From NCBI GenBank assembly GCA_051313645.2, contig JBNRSN020000010.1, forward strand, positions 9,548,001-9,612,000: a DNA stretch of 64,000 nucleotides, written 5' to 3'. Within the stretch, counting starts at the first letter, position 1, and each line of letters opens with the position of its first letter. The notes under the pieces were generated by a model. That model made no database searches. It saw only the letters and a list, made by a program, of their open reading frames with translations, and was not told where the DNA came from. This stretch comes from Centroscyllium fabricii. Taxonomy: Eukaryota. Below are positions 47,275 to 59,300 of the stretch, one piece after another. The translations under genes were made by a program, and so were the position numbers.

Positions 47275-49978
47275 TGATTAAGGAGTCAATCACAGCCATT
47301 AGGCGGGTCGACCTAATGGACGATTCCTCAAACGAGGCACTATGTGTGGAGGTAAAAAATAAAAAGGGGGTTGCACCTTACTGGGAGTTTATTATAGACC
47401 ACCAAACAGTAAAGGGGAGGTAGAGGATAAGATATGTGAACAAATCACGAAGATAAGTGAAAATAATAAAATAACAATATTAGGGGACTTTAATTTCCCC
47501 AATATCAACTGGGAGAATCAAAGTGTGAGGGGCACGGAAGGTTCAGCATTCTTACAATGCAGCCAAGAAATTTTTTTGAAACAATATGTTGGGTCACCTA
47601 CAAGGGGGTGGGGGGGCGGTACTAGACCTAATACTTGGGAACGAGGACGGGCAGATAGAGGAGGTAACAGTGGGGGAGCACTTCGGGGATAGCGACCACA
47701 ATTCAGTTAGTTTCAAAATTGTAATGGAGAAAGATAAAAATGGACCAGGGGTAAAAATACTAAACTGGGGGAAGGCGGATTTCAATAAAATTAGGAACGA
47801 TGTAACCGCAGTAGATTGGGGCCATCTCCTCAGAGGAAGATCTGCATCAGAGCAGTGGGAGGCCTTCAGAGGGGAAGTCGGGAAGATACAGGAGGAACAT
47901 GTTCCTGCAAAAATTAAGGGTGGGGGAGACAAACAAAGGGAACCTTGGATGTCTAGGGATATATGTAAATTAATGAAGAAAAAAAGGGGGGCTTTTAATG
48001 AATATAAACGGCTAAAAACTGAGGAGGCATTAGGGGAGTATAAGAAATATAGGGGTGATTTAAAGAAGGAGATAAGAAAAGCCAAGAGAGGTCATGAGAT
48101 TACAATGGCCGGTAAAATCAAGGATAACCCTAAGGCATTTTATAGTTATATAAGAAACAAAAGGATCACGAGGGAAAGAGTGGGGCCCATTAAGGACGAT
48201 AGCGGAAAGCTGTGCGTCGAGCCTGAGGAGGTGGGGGAGGTACTAAATGAATTCTTCTCTTCAGTATTCACAAGAGAGAGGGACGATACCGACATCGAAA
48301 TCGGACAGAGTGTAGGGGGGGGGGGGGGGGTAATTGAGGATATTACCATTACAAGGGAAGAAGTTCTAGAAATCTTGGGAGGCTTAAAGGTGGACAAATC
48401 ACCAGGGCCGGACGCGATGTTCCCCAGGCTGCTGTTCGAGGCCAGGGAGGAGCTTGCGGGCCCCCTGTCTCAAATCTTCAGGACCTCTCTCGCGTCAGGG
48501 GATGTACCTGATGACTGGAGAACGGCTAATGTGGTACCCCTGTTTAAAAAGGGTAGTAGGGACAAACCGGGTAACTATAGGCCAATTAGTCTTACATCTG
48601 TGGTAGGGAAAGTAATGGAAAAAATTCTGAGGGACAAAATCAGTTCGCATTTGGACAAACAAGGTCTAATAAGAGACAGTCAGCATGGCTTCGTCAAAGG
48701 TAAGTCGTGCCTGACTAATCTGTTGGAATTCTTTGAGGAGGTAACAAAGAGGGTGGATGAAGGGAGTACTGTGGACGTAGTGTATATGGACTTTAGCAAA
48801 GCTTTTGATAAAGTCCCACATAGGAGACTAATAACAAAGGTTAGAGCGCACGGGAGACAGGGCAACTTGGCACAGTGGATCGAAAATTGGCTGGGGGATA
48901 GGAGACAAAGTGTAACGGTAGAGGGCTGCTTCTGTGACTGGAAACCAGTAACCAGTGGTGTCCCCCAAGGATCGGTTTTGGGACCCTTACTGTTTCTAGT
49001 ATACATCAACGATTTGGATATGGGAGTAGGGGGTATGATCAGCAAATTCGCTGATGATACGAAAATCGGAAGGGTGGTAAACAACGATGAAGATAGTAAG
49101 GGGCTTCAGGAGGATATAGATATAATGGTTAATTGGGCAGAAAAATGGCAAATGGAGTTCAACCCAGAGAAATGCGAGGTCATTCAATTCGGTAGACCAA
49201 ATGTGGTAAGGGAATATACCATGAACAACAAAACGTTAAGTAGGACCGAGGAACAGAGGGACCTGGGGGTACAGGTGCACAGCTCCCTGAAGGTTGCTGG
49301 ACACGTTAACAAGGTGGTTAAGAAGGCATACGGAATTCTCGCCTTTATTAACCAGGGCATAGTATACAAAAGTAGGGAGGTAATGTTAAACTTGTATAAC
49401 ACACTGGTGAGACCTCAGCTGGAGTACTGTGTGCAGTTCTGGTCACCGCACTTCAGGAAGGATGTGGTTGCCCTGGAAAGGGTGCAGAGAAGGTTTACCA
49501 GGATGATACCTGGTCTGGGGGACTTATGCTACGAAGAAAGGCTGGACAGGCTGGGGTTGTTTGCCTTGGAGAAGAGAAGGTGGAGGGATGACATGATTGA
49601 GGTGTACAAGATCATGAGGGGACATGATAGGGTAGACAAAGGGGCATTGTTTCCCCTGGTGGGAGAGTCAAGTACTAGGGGACATAGATTCAAGATCAGG
49701 GGGGGGAGGTTTAGGGGGGAGGTAAGGAGAAATGTCTTTACCCAGAGGGTGGTGGAAGTCTGGAACTCCCTGCCTGTGAGGGTGGTGGAGGCAGGAACCA
49801 TCACAACATTTAAAAAATACTTGGACCAGCACATGAAGGACCATAACATACAGGGTTATGGGCCAGGTGCGGGCAATTGGGGTTAGTACAATGAGGAGTT
49901 TTTCTGGGCCGGTGCGGACTGGATGGGCCGAATGGCCCTTATCCGCACTGTAAAATTTCTATGATTCTATGATTCTAT
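47275..49978 (+). mobile_element. Young 5'-truncated CR1 LINE inserted in the LTR element
   Basis: Starts mid-endonuclease (IKESITAIRR, LGVYYRPP, GDFN) and ends in (attctatg)n. Confidence 0.95.
47586..49886 (+). CDS. CR1 ORF2 (EN C-terminus + reverse transcriptase), 766-aa uninterrupted frame
   Basis: [58 protein letters not shown]. Confidence 0.9.
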   Translation: MLGHLQGGGGAVLDLILGNEDGQIEEVTVGEHFGDSDHNSVSFKIVMEKDKNGPGVKILNWGKADFNKIRNDVTAVDWGHLLRGRSASEQWEAFRGEVGKIQEEHVPAKIKGGGDKQREPWMSRDICKLMKKKRGAFNEYKRLKTEEALGEYKKYRGDLKKEIRKAKRGHEITMAGKIKDNPKAFYSYIRNKRITRERVGPIKDDSGKLCVEPEEVGEVLNEFFSSVFTRERDDTDIEIGQSVGGGGGVIEDITITREEVLEILGGLKVDKSPGPDAMFPRLLFEAREELAGPLSQIFRTSLASGDVPDDWRTANVVPLFKKGSRDKPGNYRPISLTSVVGKVMEKILRDKISSHLDKQGLIRDSQHGFVKGKSCLTNLLEFFEEVTKRVDEGSTVDVVYMDFSKAFDKVPHRRLITKVRAHGRQGNLAQWIENWLGDRRQSVTVEGCFCDWKPVTSGVPQGSVLGPLLFLVYINDLDMGVGGMISKFADDTKIGRVVNNDEDSKGLQEDIDIMVNWAEKWQMEFNPEKCEVIQFGRPNVVREYTMNNKTLSRTEEQRDLGVQVHSSLKVAGHVNKVVKKAYGILAFINQGIVYKSREVMLNLYNTLVRPQLEYCVQFWSPHFRKDVVALERVQRRFTRMIPGLGDLCYEERLDRLGLFALEKRRWRDDMIEVYKIMRGHDRVDKGALFPLVGESSTRGHRFKIRGGRFRGEVRRNVFTQRVVEVWNSLPVRVVEAGTITTFKKYLDQHMKDHNIQGYGPGAGNWG

Positions 49979-50059
49979 GAACATGTGCCCCCTGCTGGTA
50001 CGAAGAGGTACAGGGGACATCCTCACCAAGGCTCTGATCGACTGCCTTGCCAAACTCCC

Positions 50060-51440
50060 CATCTATTGCCCACGACAATTGTTACAGGCCATTCAAATCA
50101 AGAAGCACAGTACCACAAACAAAATCACAAGCAATACATGGGAAAGTATTGTAATCCAAGGATGGATCTGTACATTTAGTCCCCAATATCAAAGGTCAAT
50201 GTCATGTGTAATGTTAAAATGTGTAATGTTCTTATTGTTCTGTTGTAGGTAATAACTAACCTTCTGGTAGAGGCTTATCTCCTTCCCCAATGCTCGCAAG
50301 TGCTCAGGGAATGGGATATCGGATACACAAATGTATTCTATTAGCCCTTTAAGTCCGTTTTAACATTTTCAGAAACTTGCAATGTTCATTCCTCTTACAC
50401 GATCCGCACCAGGCTTTCAGGAGTGAAGCAGAACTCTAAACTTCGATTATCAAAATTTAGTTTGGCATATTTAATACTTTTCAAATTAATTTCAACACAA
50501 TATTCTCCCTTCCAAGCAGTTCAAAGATGTGCAGGTTAGGTTGATTGGCCATGATAAATTGACCCTTAGTTTAAGGGGGATCGAATAAGTGGGGTTACGG
50601 AATTAGTGTGGGATATGTGTCGGTGCAGGCCTGATCGGGATCGAGGGATATGGGGACAAAGCAGGAACAGGGTACTGGTTTTGGATTCTGCCATAATCTC
50701 ATTGAATGGCGGAGCAGCCTCGAAGGGCCGAATGGCCTACTCCTGCTCCTATCTTCTACGTTTCTATGTTTCTATATTTCATATGAGACCTGAGTGAGTT
50801 TTAAATACGCCTCTAGGTCCTCCATGGTACAGTTAATATCCTGATTGGTACCGGGGGTGTTAAACCCACACTGTGCTTTTTACCTGTCTCCAGTATTGTG
50901 CGGACACACATTGATAGCATTTCTAGTAACACATCCCTCGAATTTCGTCCCAACCAAATTTTCTTCAATACTACATGTTGTGATGTGATACGTGCACTCA
51001 GTCCTTCACTACCCCAATATTCTGGATTCGGTACACCTCTTGTCTTTCGGCTTCGGGTGTAATCACCGGTATTACCAATACCAACCCTAGGAGCCTTCCT
51101 CCATCAGGTTTACATTCGACTTGTGTGGGGTGCACCCGAACCATGGCTCTCAACTGCCAAGCCGTCAGATTCGCATCTGCTAATGTCCGTTTAGACGCAC
51201 TATTCCCCCTGTGCCCACCGGTAAGGCTCATCATTTTTTTGTTAATTGGTTATCCATAAGGGTACTTCCCCTGCTGGTATCTGGGCCAGATTTGCTCTGC
51301 TATGTTCCACAATACAGTTACCATACGTGCTACATGTGTCAATAGCTGCCACCTGCTGAGATGCATTGCACTCTTTCTTCTTCAATTTATTAATTGGTTG
51401 GGCATGTGTTTCTGGCACTGTAGCTATCTTTTTACAATTG
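50060..51440 (-). pseudogene. Envelope/fusion (F-like class I) glycoprotein remnant of the LTR element, split by HE1 at 50518-50778
   Basis: Manual minus-strand translation: heptad-like segment, DTCSTYGNC..IPAGEVPLW, LLGLVLVIPVI..VYRIQNIG, GCVTRNAINVCP..QCGF..NCTME, GEYCV..EFCFTP, heptad LRALGKEISLYQKVSYYLQQN, TM WITILSHVLLVILFVVLCFLI. Confidence 0.6.
50518..50778 (+). mobile_element. HE1 SINE, 5'-truncated
   Basis: caaagatgtgcaggttaggttgattggccatgataaattgacccttag followed by the HER1 tail. Confidence 0.9.
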
Positions 51441-53282
51441 TTTAGTCAACATTTGATGCTCAGGTAATTATTAATCCGCATTTTCAATTGTCTTTGTATT
51501 ACACCTTTAATGCGAGGACATAATTCTTTCACCTTCTAATCAAGTGTCGTCAAATCAATAGTATTAACAACTGATTTTCCGATATTGAGGCATTTGCTGC
51601 CTCATTTATGAAATACCTTTTTCGTTTCATATGTGTTTATTTCTTTTAATGCGGCCACACCCACTCCATGTTGCACCTTGATTTAAAACCTTGTTTTGGA
51701 GGTGTTGATATAATTGTTGCTTTTTCTTAAAAGTTCATTAAAGGCAGGGACACGCAAGTTTCCAAAAGAAAGCTATCAATTTACTATTTTTAACTACACA
51801 TTACTGGCTTTCACTACAACATTTGGAAATTCCCATTCAGCAGTATATCTCTCCTGTTTCTATATACACCCTCAATCACCTTCCGTTAATTACCATTCAT
51901 ATCTCATTCATGAATGTTGGAGAAACTTTACTGTCCAGTACAATATTTAAGATTGAAAATATAATCAAACATTCTCACTTGTTCCAAGTTATTATCACTG
52001 ATTTATCATTAATTTGGAGGAACTTTATTGTCTCTAATGTCATCAAATATACAGTGCCCGAGTCCATTTTGTTATTACAAAATTATCCCGGAATCCAAAG
52101 AGCAGTACAGTTGAACTGAAAGTTTTTGTCAGTGTTTAATTTCATTTCTATCAATTTGTCAAACAACTTCGATTGCAGAAACAAGTGAGTCCGAGGCTAG
52201 GTAACTTGCACAGTCTTTTAGCATATTAACTTAACGTTAAGGAACTTAAATTTAATGATGACTAATACCTTTAAATATCAGGCTAAAGTTGTTGCTCGTT
52301 GAAGTTAGACAGCTGTCTGTGAAAAGGATTACATTCTCTGCAGATTTTTAAAAAGGTGGTGCTAAACATCCATGACACATTCAACGCATAACTTCATTTT
52401 AAAAAAAAACATTCCCTATCGAAAAAAAGAGTTAGATTTTCACACTTTAACTAAAACAAACAGAATAAAATGAAATAGCACATTCTTGCACCGTTAATTA
52501 TGTAATTTCTTCAGATGCCTTTCCAAAATACTGTAATAAACATAGAATATGACTGGACTAATTATTTTTCACATTTAAGCAAATCAAATCGAACTGCTTT
52601 GGACGATTTCACCATAGCAACCGCGTCTTCCAAGGTTAAGTCTTAGACAGATACTTAATCTTTTGTGAAACACACTTTTGTTGTTCTTCTCATTTTTAAA
52701 CAGCAGCTTAGCTTAAACTAGATCAACGTTTTTTTTCTCTCTCTGGGCAGGAACTTACTAGCACATTCTTAAAACTTCCAAAATCCAGACAAGACAAAAA
52801 GGTTAAAGGCATTTAACTCAAAGTGGGAGGAGCTAAAACAAACATAACAGAATCTTTCCTTTGAAGACAGACTTTTCAGACAAAAGAAAGACCAACTTCA
52901 TCAACATTCACATTTTAACACATATCTTAATACAAAATTGAAATTTCAGCATTTATTATTTTTTTAACTTCCTTTCATTCAGCAAATCTTGTGTTTGATT
53001 GTCTCGGACGAACAATAATAACTTTCATGTCGGTAAAACATTAAATTTATCTTTCGTTTCTCTTTTTAGATCTCTAACTCAGCAGCTTTTTCCTGGCTTT
53101 CCAAATCCGCTGTTTTCTATTTCCTTTGCTCAGTTTTCAGATTAATTGGCCTGACAATTAAATCGTTTTACTTCTGTCTCTCTTTTCCCTACATTTTATG
53201 CTTAACCACTTGGCTATGTTTCTCTCTTAACAAGTTGTGTTTAATTTCCTTCAACTGCTTGCTTAATTCAATAATATGCCGG

Positions 53283-55835
53283 CGAAGCTTGTTTATACCA
53301 GTTTGGAATAAAAATAAACCAAAAAAGGTGACTCAACCGTGGAAAACAAGGGAAATTAGGGGTAAATTAAAAACCAAAGAAAGGGCATATCAACTGGCCA
53401 AAAAAGCAGCAAACCTGAAGATTGGGAACAATTCAGGATACAGCAAAGGAGGACAAAGGTATTAATTAAGAAGGGGAAAATAGATTACGAAAGAAGGCTT
53501 GCGGCAAACATAAAAACTGACTGCAAAACCTTTTACAGATACATTAAAAGGAAGAGACTGGTGAAATCCACAGTCGGGCCCCTGCAGTCCGAATCAGGAG
53601 ATTATACAATGGGGAACAAGGAAATGGCGGACCAATTAAATTCATATTTTGGTTCTGTCTTCACAGAGGAGGACACAAATAGCCTCCCGGAGATGTCGGG
53701 AAACATAGGGACTAATGAGAGGGAGGAAATGAAAGAAATCAAATCTCTAAGGATATGGTGTCGGGGAATTTGAAAGGATTAAAGGCCGACAAATCCCCAG
53801 GGCCTGATAATCTGCATCCTAGGGTGCTTAAGGAAGTGGCCCTGGAGATATCAGATGCTTTGAGGATCATTTTCCAGAACTCAATAGACTCTGGAATGGT
53901 GCCCAGGGATTGGAGGGTAGCTAACGTTACCCCACTATTCAAAAAGGGGGGTAGAGAGAAGGCGGGGAATTATAGACCGGTAAGCCTTACATCGGTTGTG
54001 GGCAAAATGCTAGAGTCCATTATTAAGGACGTAATAGCAGATCATGAGGAGAGATTGTGTAGTCTGGGATAATACTCGCTGGAGTTTAGAAGTTTAAGTG
54101 GGGATCTCATCGAGACTTATAAAATTCTGTCAGGCGTGGACAGTTTAGATGCAGAAAGGATGTTTCCGATGGCCGGGGAGTCGAGAACCAGGGGGCATAG
54201 TCTAAGGATAAGGGGTAAGCCTTGTAGGACTGAGATGAGGAGGAACTTCTTCACACAGAGAGTGGTGAACCTGTGGAATTCCTTGCCACAGAGGGCGGTG
54301 GAGGCCGGTTCATTGAATATATTCAAGAGGGAACTAGATATATTTCTTCAGGCTAAAGGGATTAAGGGATATGGGGAGAAGGCAGGGACTGGGTACTGAA
54401 CGTGTAAGATCAGCCATGATTTCGTTGAATGGCGGAGCAGGCTCGAAGGGCCGAATGGCCTACTCCTGCTCCTATCTTCTATGATTCTATGATTCTATGA
54501 TCACTTGACTAAGAGTGACGGGATCGGACACAGTCAACATGGATTTACAAAAGGTAAATCGTGCTTGACTAATCTATTGGAATTCTTCGAGGATGTATCG
54601 AAAAATTGATAGGGGAGAGCCAGTAGATGTGGTTTATCTGGACTTCGAGAAAGCCTTTGACAAGGTCCCTCATAGGTGATTGGCAGGCAAAATTAAGGCT
54701 CATGGGATTGGGGGCAAGGTATTGGCATGTATAGAGATCTGGTTGGCAGATAGAAAACAGAGTGTTGTGATAAACGGGTTGTTTTCTGATTGGCGGGCAG
54801 TGACTAGTGGGGTACCACAGGGGTCGGTACTGGGACCCCAGCTGTTCACAATATATATTAATGACCTGGATGAGGGAATTGGATGTAACGTCTCCAAATT
54901 CGCAGATGACACTAAGCTTGGAGGGGGTGTAAGCTCTGAGGAGGATGTCGGGAAGCTCCAGAGCAACCTGGACAGATTGGGGGATTGGGCGAACACATGG
55001 CAAATGCACTATAATGTGGATAAATGTGAGGTTATCCACTTTGGTAGCAAAAACAGAAAGGCAGAGTATTATTTGAACGGCAATAGATTGGGAGATGGGG
55101 AAGTGCAAAGAGATCTGGGTGTTCTTGTGCACCAGTCACTGAAGGTGAGCATGCAGGTGCAGCAGGCAGTTAAAAAGGCAAATGGTATGTTGGCCTTTAT
55201 ATCAAGAGGGTTTGAGTATAGTAATAGGGATGTCTTGCTGCAGCTGTACAGGGTCTTGTTGAGGCCACACCTTGAGTATTGTGTGCAGTTTTGGTCGCCG
55301 CATCTGAGGAAGGATGTTCTTGCCATGGAGGGAGTACAGCGACGATTCACCAGGCTGATACCTGAGAAGGCAGGAATGACTTATGAGGAGAGATTGTGTA
55401 GTCTGGGCTTATACTCGCTGGAGTTTAGAAGATTAAGAGGGGATCTCATCGAGACTTATAAAATTCAGTCAGGCGTGGACAGGTTAGATGCAGAAAGGAT
55501 GTTTCCGATGGCCGGGGAGTCGAGAACCAGGGGGCATAGTCTAAGGATAAGGGGTAAGCCTTGTAGGACTGAGATGAGGAGGAAATTCTTCGCACAGAGT
55601 GTGGTGAACCTGTGGAATTCCTTGCCACAGAGGGCAGTGGAGGCTGGTTCATTGAATATATTCAAGAGGGAACTATATATATTTCTTCAGGCTAAAGGGA
55701 TTAAGGGATATGGGGAGAAGGCAGGGACTGGGTACTGAACGTGTAAGATCAGCCATGATCTCGTTGAATGGCGGAGCAGGCTCGAAGGGCCGAATGGCCT
55801 ACTCCTGCTCCTATCTTCTATGATTCTATGATTCT
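53283..55835 (+). mobile_element. HER1 (CR1) LINE, 5'-truncated, fairly young
   Basis: ORF2 pieces at 53561-54043 and 54500-55738 ([12 protein letters not shown], 352-aa ORF) and an (attctatg)n tail. Confidence 0.95.
54045..54498 (+). mobile_element. HER1 3' end inserted into a same-subfamily HER1
   Basis: Near-identical to 55384-55835 and flanked by GATCA (54040-54044 / 54499-54503). Confidence 0.9.
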
Positions 55836-56325
55836 AAGCCTGTCCTGCACATGTCCTCGCTCCTGTCCTGTTCGGTTTCCCTCCTGTTGAGGGATCTCGA
55901 TCTTCAGATGGGCTTTTATGTTTATTACTGCCGCTCGTGTGGGAGCCTTTGCAGCTTCCAAAGGGGCTTCTATTCGTTGTTGATGTCTGATGTGACCCAC
56001 TCCCGCAATGACTAATCATCGTCTTCCCCAAGTTGTCAGTTCCATGTATTCTATCAAAGTTTCTAATTCTGCTATTTTATTTTCTTGTTCTTCAATCTTA
56101 AACTTTTTTTGTTTATTCATATAAACGGCTGTGTTAAAATCACTCCTGCTTTTTTATAGTTTTCTCTCGTTTTTGTGTGACCCACCGCTCCCGTTGCTTT
56201 ATTGGTTTTCCTAATGGATCCCAGCCATCTTTCTTCATCTTCTCAAACAGACCCTTTTGGTCAATGGCATAAAGCCGACTCATCGCTCCTGCCGTCCCCC
56301 AAATAATGCCACAGGCTTGTCCCAT
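55836..56325 (-). pseudogene. Putative gag N-terminal remnant of the LTR element
   Basis: MGQ start (myristoylation-like) ~1.3 kb downstream of the PBS, then basic and coiled-coil-like sequence (KIEEQENKIAELETL). No capsid motif recognised. Confidence 0.4.
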
Positions 56326-59300
56326 AATGTATTTTATTGTCAGTAGCTTAGCGCGTTCCGGCCCATCCTACCTACTCATTCTCAGAGGTTGAACCGCTTT
56401 AATCCACCACAGTGTGATGGCAGTCACAACTTGTAACCCTAACTGTCAGACGTGAGGCTTAATTAACACACTTGCAGCCATAATACATTCGGCCAGTATG
56501 TCACTTAACTAAGTTGCTGTCAGAGGTGAGGCTTTATTAACTCACTTGCAGCGTTAAAACAGCATGCAGTACCACAGATCCCGCAACGCAACACAGAAAT
56601 AAACTTTTAGTCTGTCTCGGATTCCCAGCTAACTCTGGCCTTCACGTGGGGCCCAGTTACCCTTTTAATTCCATCTCACCATGGGTCCTCGAGTAATTTA
56701 CATTCCTAAACAATCCATCAGGTTTCAATTTGCTTAATCACTATAAAACGTCTGGTTAACCTTATTATTTCAATCTTACGAACACATGATGCGCCGCCTA
56801 CGTCTTAATAAATTGTTTCTTACCCGTCACAGACACCAGATTCGTTTCGTTTGATACTGCATCGCTATCACACCTCCCTTCCGAGTGACCCAATTTCTGG
56901 GGGGTGAAAGGATGGACTACTCAGCCCGCTCACTGGAAGAGGCAGTATTTCAGTTTTGGAGCATCAATCATGGCGACGACGCCAAATTGTACCTTTAGGT
57001 TCTTCTTTTTTTCATTCTTAGTTTTCATGTTGTCCTTTATTTTACCTACTTCCTCAAGGAGTCCGCTTAACTGGTGTACTAGTAATGACCCTGCCTTTTT
57101 AGTTTTGTATTTGGTCTGAAAGTTCCACCAGACAATCTGACATTCAAATGACTTGGTGGTCTTCCACCCTCCTTTCAGCATGCTTTTAATTATGTGTTTC
57201 CTCTCTGTCATAAAAGCCTGTACTGGAGTCCCCAGAGGGCCTTTCTTAACTTTCTTACCTTCCATGGACTTTCGGCAATTGTTTTCTTCACAAGACTTCA
57301 GTCCTTTACCGGTCCCTGACAGGATCGGAGGATTTACAATATAATCACGGCCACGGAAAAACAGTCTGAACCCCAGACGAGTCACGTTTTCTCACCACCG
57401 CAGTTCTGCCTGTTGCTAGACCGGATCAGAATTCTACCTCAACCGGTGAGACCGAGTCCCATATCTAATAAGTAAAAGTATTACACCCCCGTCACCCCGT
57501 CCCCCCCCCACCCCCAGGCTCAGAGTAAGTAAAATTCAATCATAGTGTGCGAGTTGTTCTCTGCTCCCATTCCGCTTTTATGCAGATTATTGGGATACAT
57601 TATTGATCGTTCAGAGCAAACCGTCGTGTATTTCTAAAGATTTTCTCGTATTCTGTTCGTGACTCCAATTAGGTAGAGAATTAATCGTAGCCTGAACGGA
57701 CCAAACATGAAGCAATATCGACGTATAACCAACTTAATGTATATAGACTATGACTTCCATTCAGACACCTGATAGTAGAGAAGAACTGTTGTTTATTAAT
57801 TAACAGAGCTCTGGGATAAGTGCGCAAAACCTTATGTATGCTTTCGCCAGGCTTGCCAAAATAGTTGCTGTAACCAGTCATTGTGTACACAAGTCAACCA
57901 ATCACATTGTAACAAAAAACTATATTATCATAAGTAGTTCACTTCCATAATTTATACTAAAATAATTAGTTACACACAAAACTGAGAAAATCACAAAAGT
58001 CACATTAATGAAGGTTCCTCCCATTTATTTTTGGAAGATAAGCAAATTTAATTAACTAGAGGCACTCTGAAGCGTCATTGCACGAGGACATAGGACTCAT
58101 CTCTGTTAGTTGTATCTTTCTGCAAACTGTCTTGATTAACTGTTGACCTTTGACTTTCCTGTTCTGTCTATACGAAACTAAAAACTACTGTATATTATCT
58201 GCAATCAATGAGTAATTTCGCATGTCAATCAATTACTTGTATTTACACGCAATGCCAATTAGTGAAGCATTTTTGTATCTTCTGTTTCCCATGGTCGTCC
58301 ATTAAATTGTGCTATATATTTGTTTCAAACTGCCCTTGGGTTGTTGCCCGCCAGCTCCGTCTTTTTGTGCGCAACCCCCACTCCCTTCACCTACAAGAGA
58401 ATTTAAATTCCTATTTATCAGAAGAGCTTAGCTTTCAAAATGAACCCATTCACCCCCCATTTGGAACATGTGCCTTTTGTACTTTGAGCGCTACTGAAGT
58501 TTCAATTACCGCATTTCAATTTATGTTTTGCCTATCCAATTTCTCAACGATCGCCAATTTAACTGTAACATTGGAAGCATTGTTTTATTTGGTGAAGACA
58601 CATGCAATGTCTTCAGTTATTAACTAAGCCATGCCTCTGCCTGCACAAGGAGATCTCCTTTTTGTCAGTAATCGGCCGCATCATTGAGATTACCACGTTC
58701 CAGAACAGTCGCAGCACGACATGCCCCTTCGCACGCTTTCGATGGTGACTATCTTACTAACTTCCTGACACACTGTGGCTGCGGGGTGAATGCATCTTAA
58801 ATATGTGGTCGAGCAAATCATAGCCCTGCAGTGACTCCAGCCGCTCCTCAAGCTCAGAAACTCAGATTAATTTCGAGCAGATGGAGGCATTTCATGGACA
58901 CATAATTAGCATGGACAGGTGAAGCCCCCTGGAGTTACAGCATGTCACAGGGATATCCATTGTTGTTATCAATGTAAGTTGCAGCATCTAAATACCACAG
59001 TGAGATAAAGCACGATGGAAGCTTAAAGAGATTTTGAAAATAAAATTCCAATAATTAAAATTATACGAATGTTCATTAACATTTCAAATTAACATGAAAT
59101 TTGAAATATTCGTAACGAAAATATATTACATTATTTAGGATACATTAAATCTATTTTATTATATTGCACCTTAGGCATAACAGAATGTCTATCTTATTTG
59201 CCTTGCCCAGTGATATGTGCTGAAATTCTCCTATATCATTTGCTTGTAGAGTTGAAGAATCATCTGGCATTCTGGGACTGACGGCTTGTTGTTCGATTTT

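Larger units (their letters stand above)
46168..58452 (-). mobile_element. Decayed endogenous retrovirus-like LTR element (5' LTR 57671-58452, 3' LTR 46168-46954), no pol detected
   Basis: Colinear ~785-bp direct repeats (TGAA...TAACA on minus) and PBS-like tggagtcacgaacagaat (57667-57650) 3 nt inside the 5' LTR. Flanks ccgcc/ccccc; the host CR1 rejoins across the element. Confidence 0.8.
45430..58970 (-). mobile_element. Ancient CR1 remnant split by the LTR element; pieces at 45430-46167 and 58453-~58970
   Basis: cttccctcagcctcctaggataccgcc| continues as ccccccatttgg...ggtgaagacacatgcaa...gccatgcctctgcc. An ORF1 Zn-finger remnant lies at 58830-58950. Confidence 0.65.

Noticed and set aside
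51450-53280. pol gene of the LTR element
   Set aside because: AT-rich, with no protease, RT (YxDD), RNase H or integrase motifs recognisable by eye.
58453-58462. Polypurine tract outside the right LTR, suggesting tandem proviruses
   Set aside because: The sequence beyond continues the interrupted ancient CR1, so the C-run is better explained as target site.
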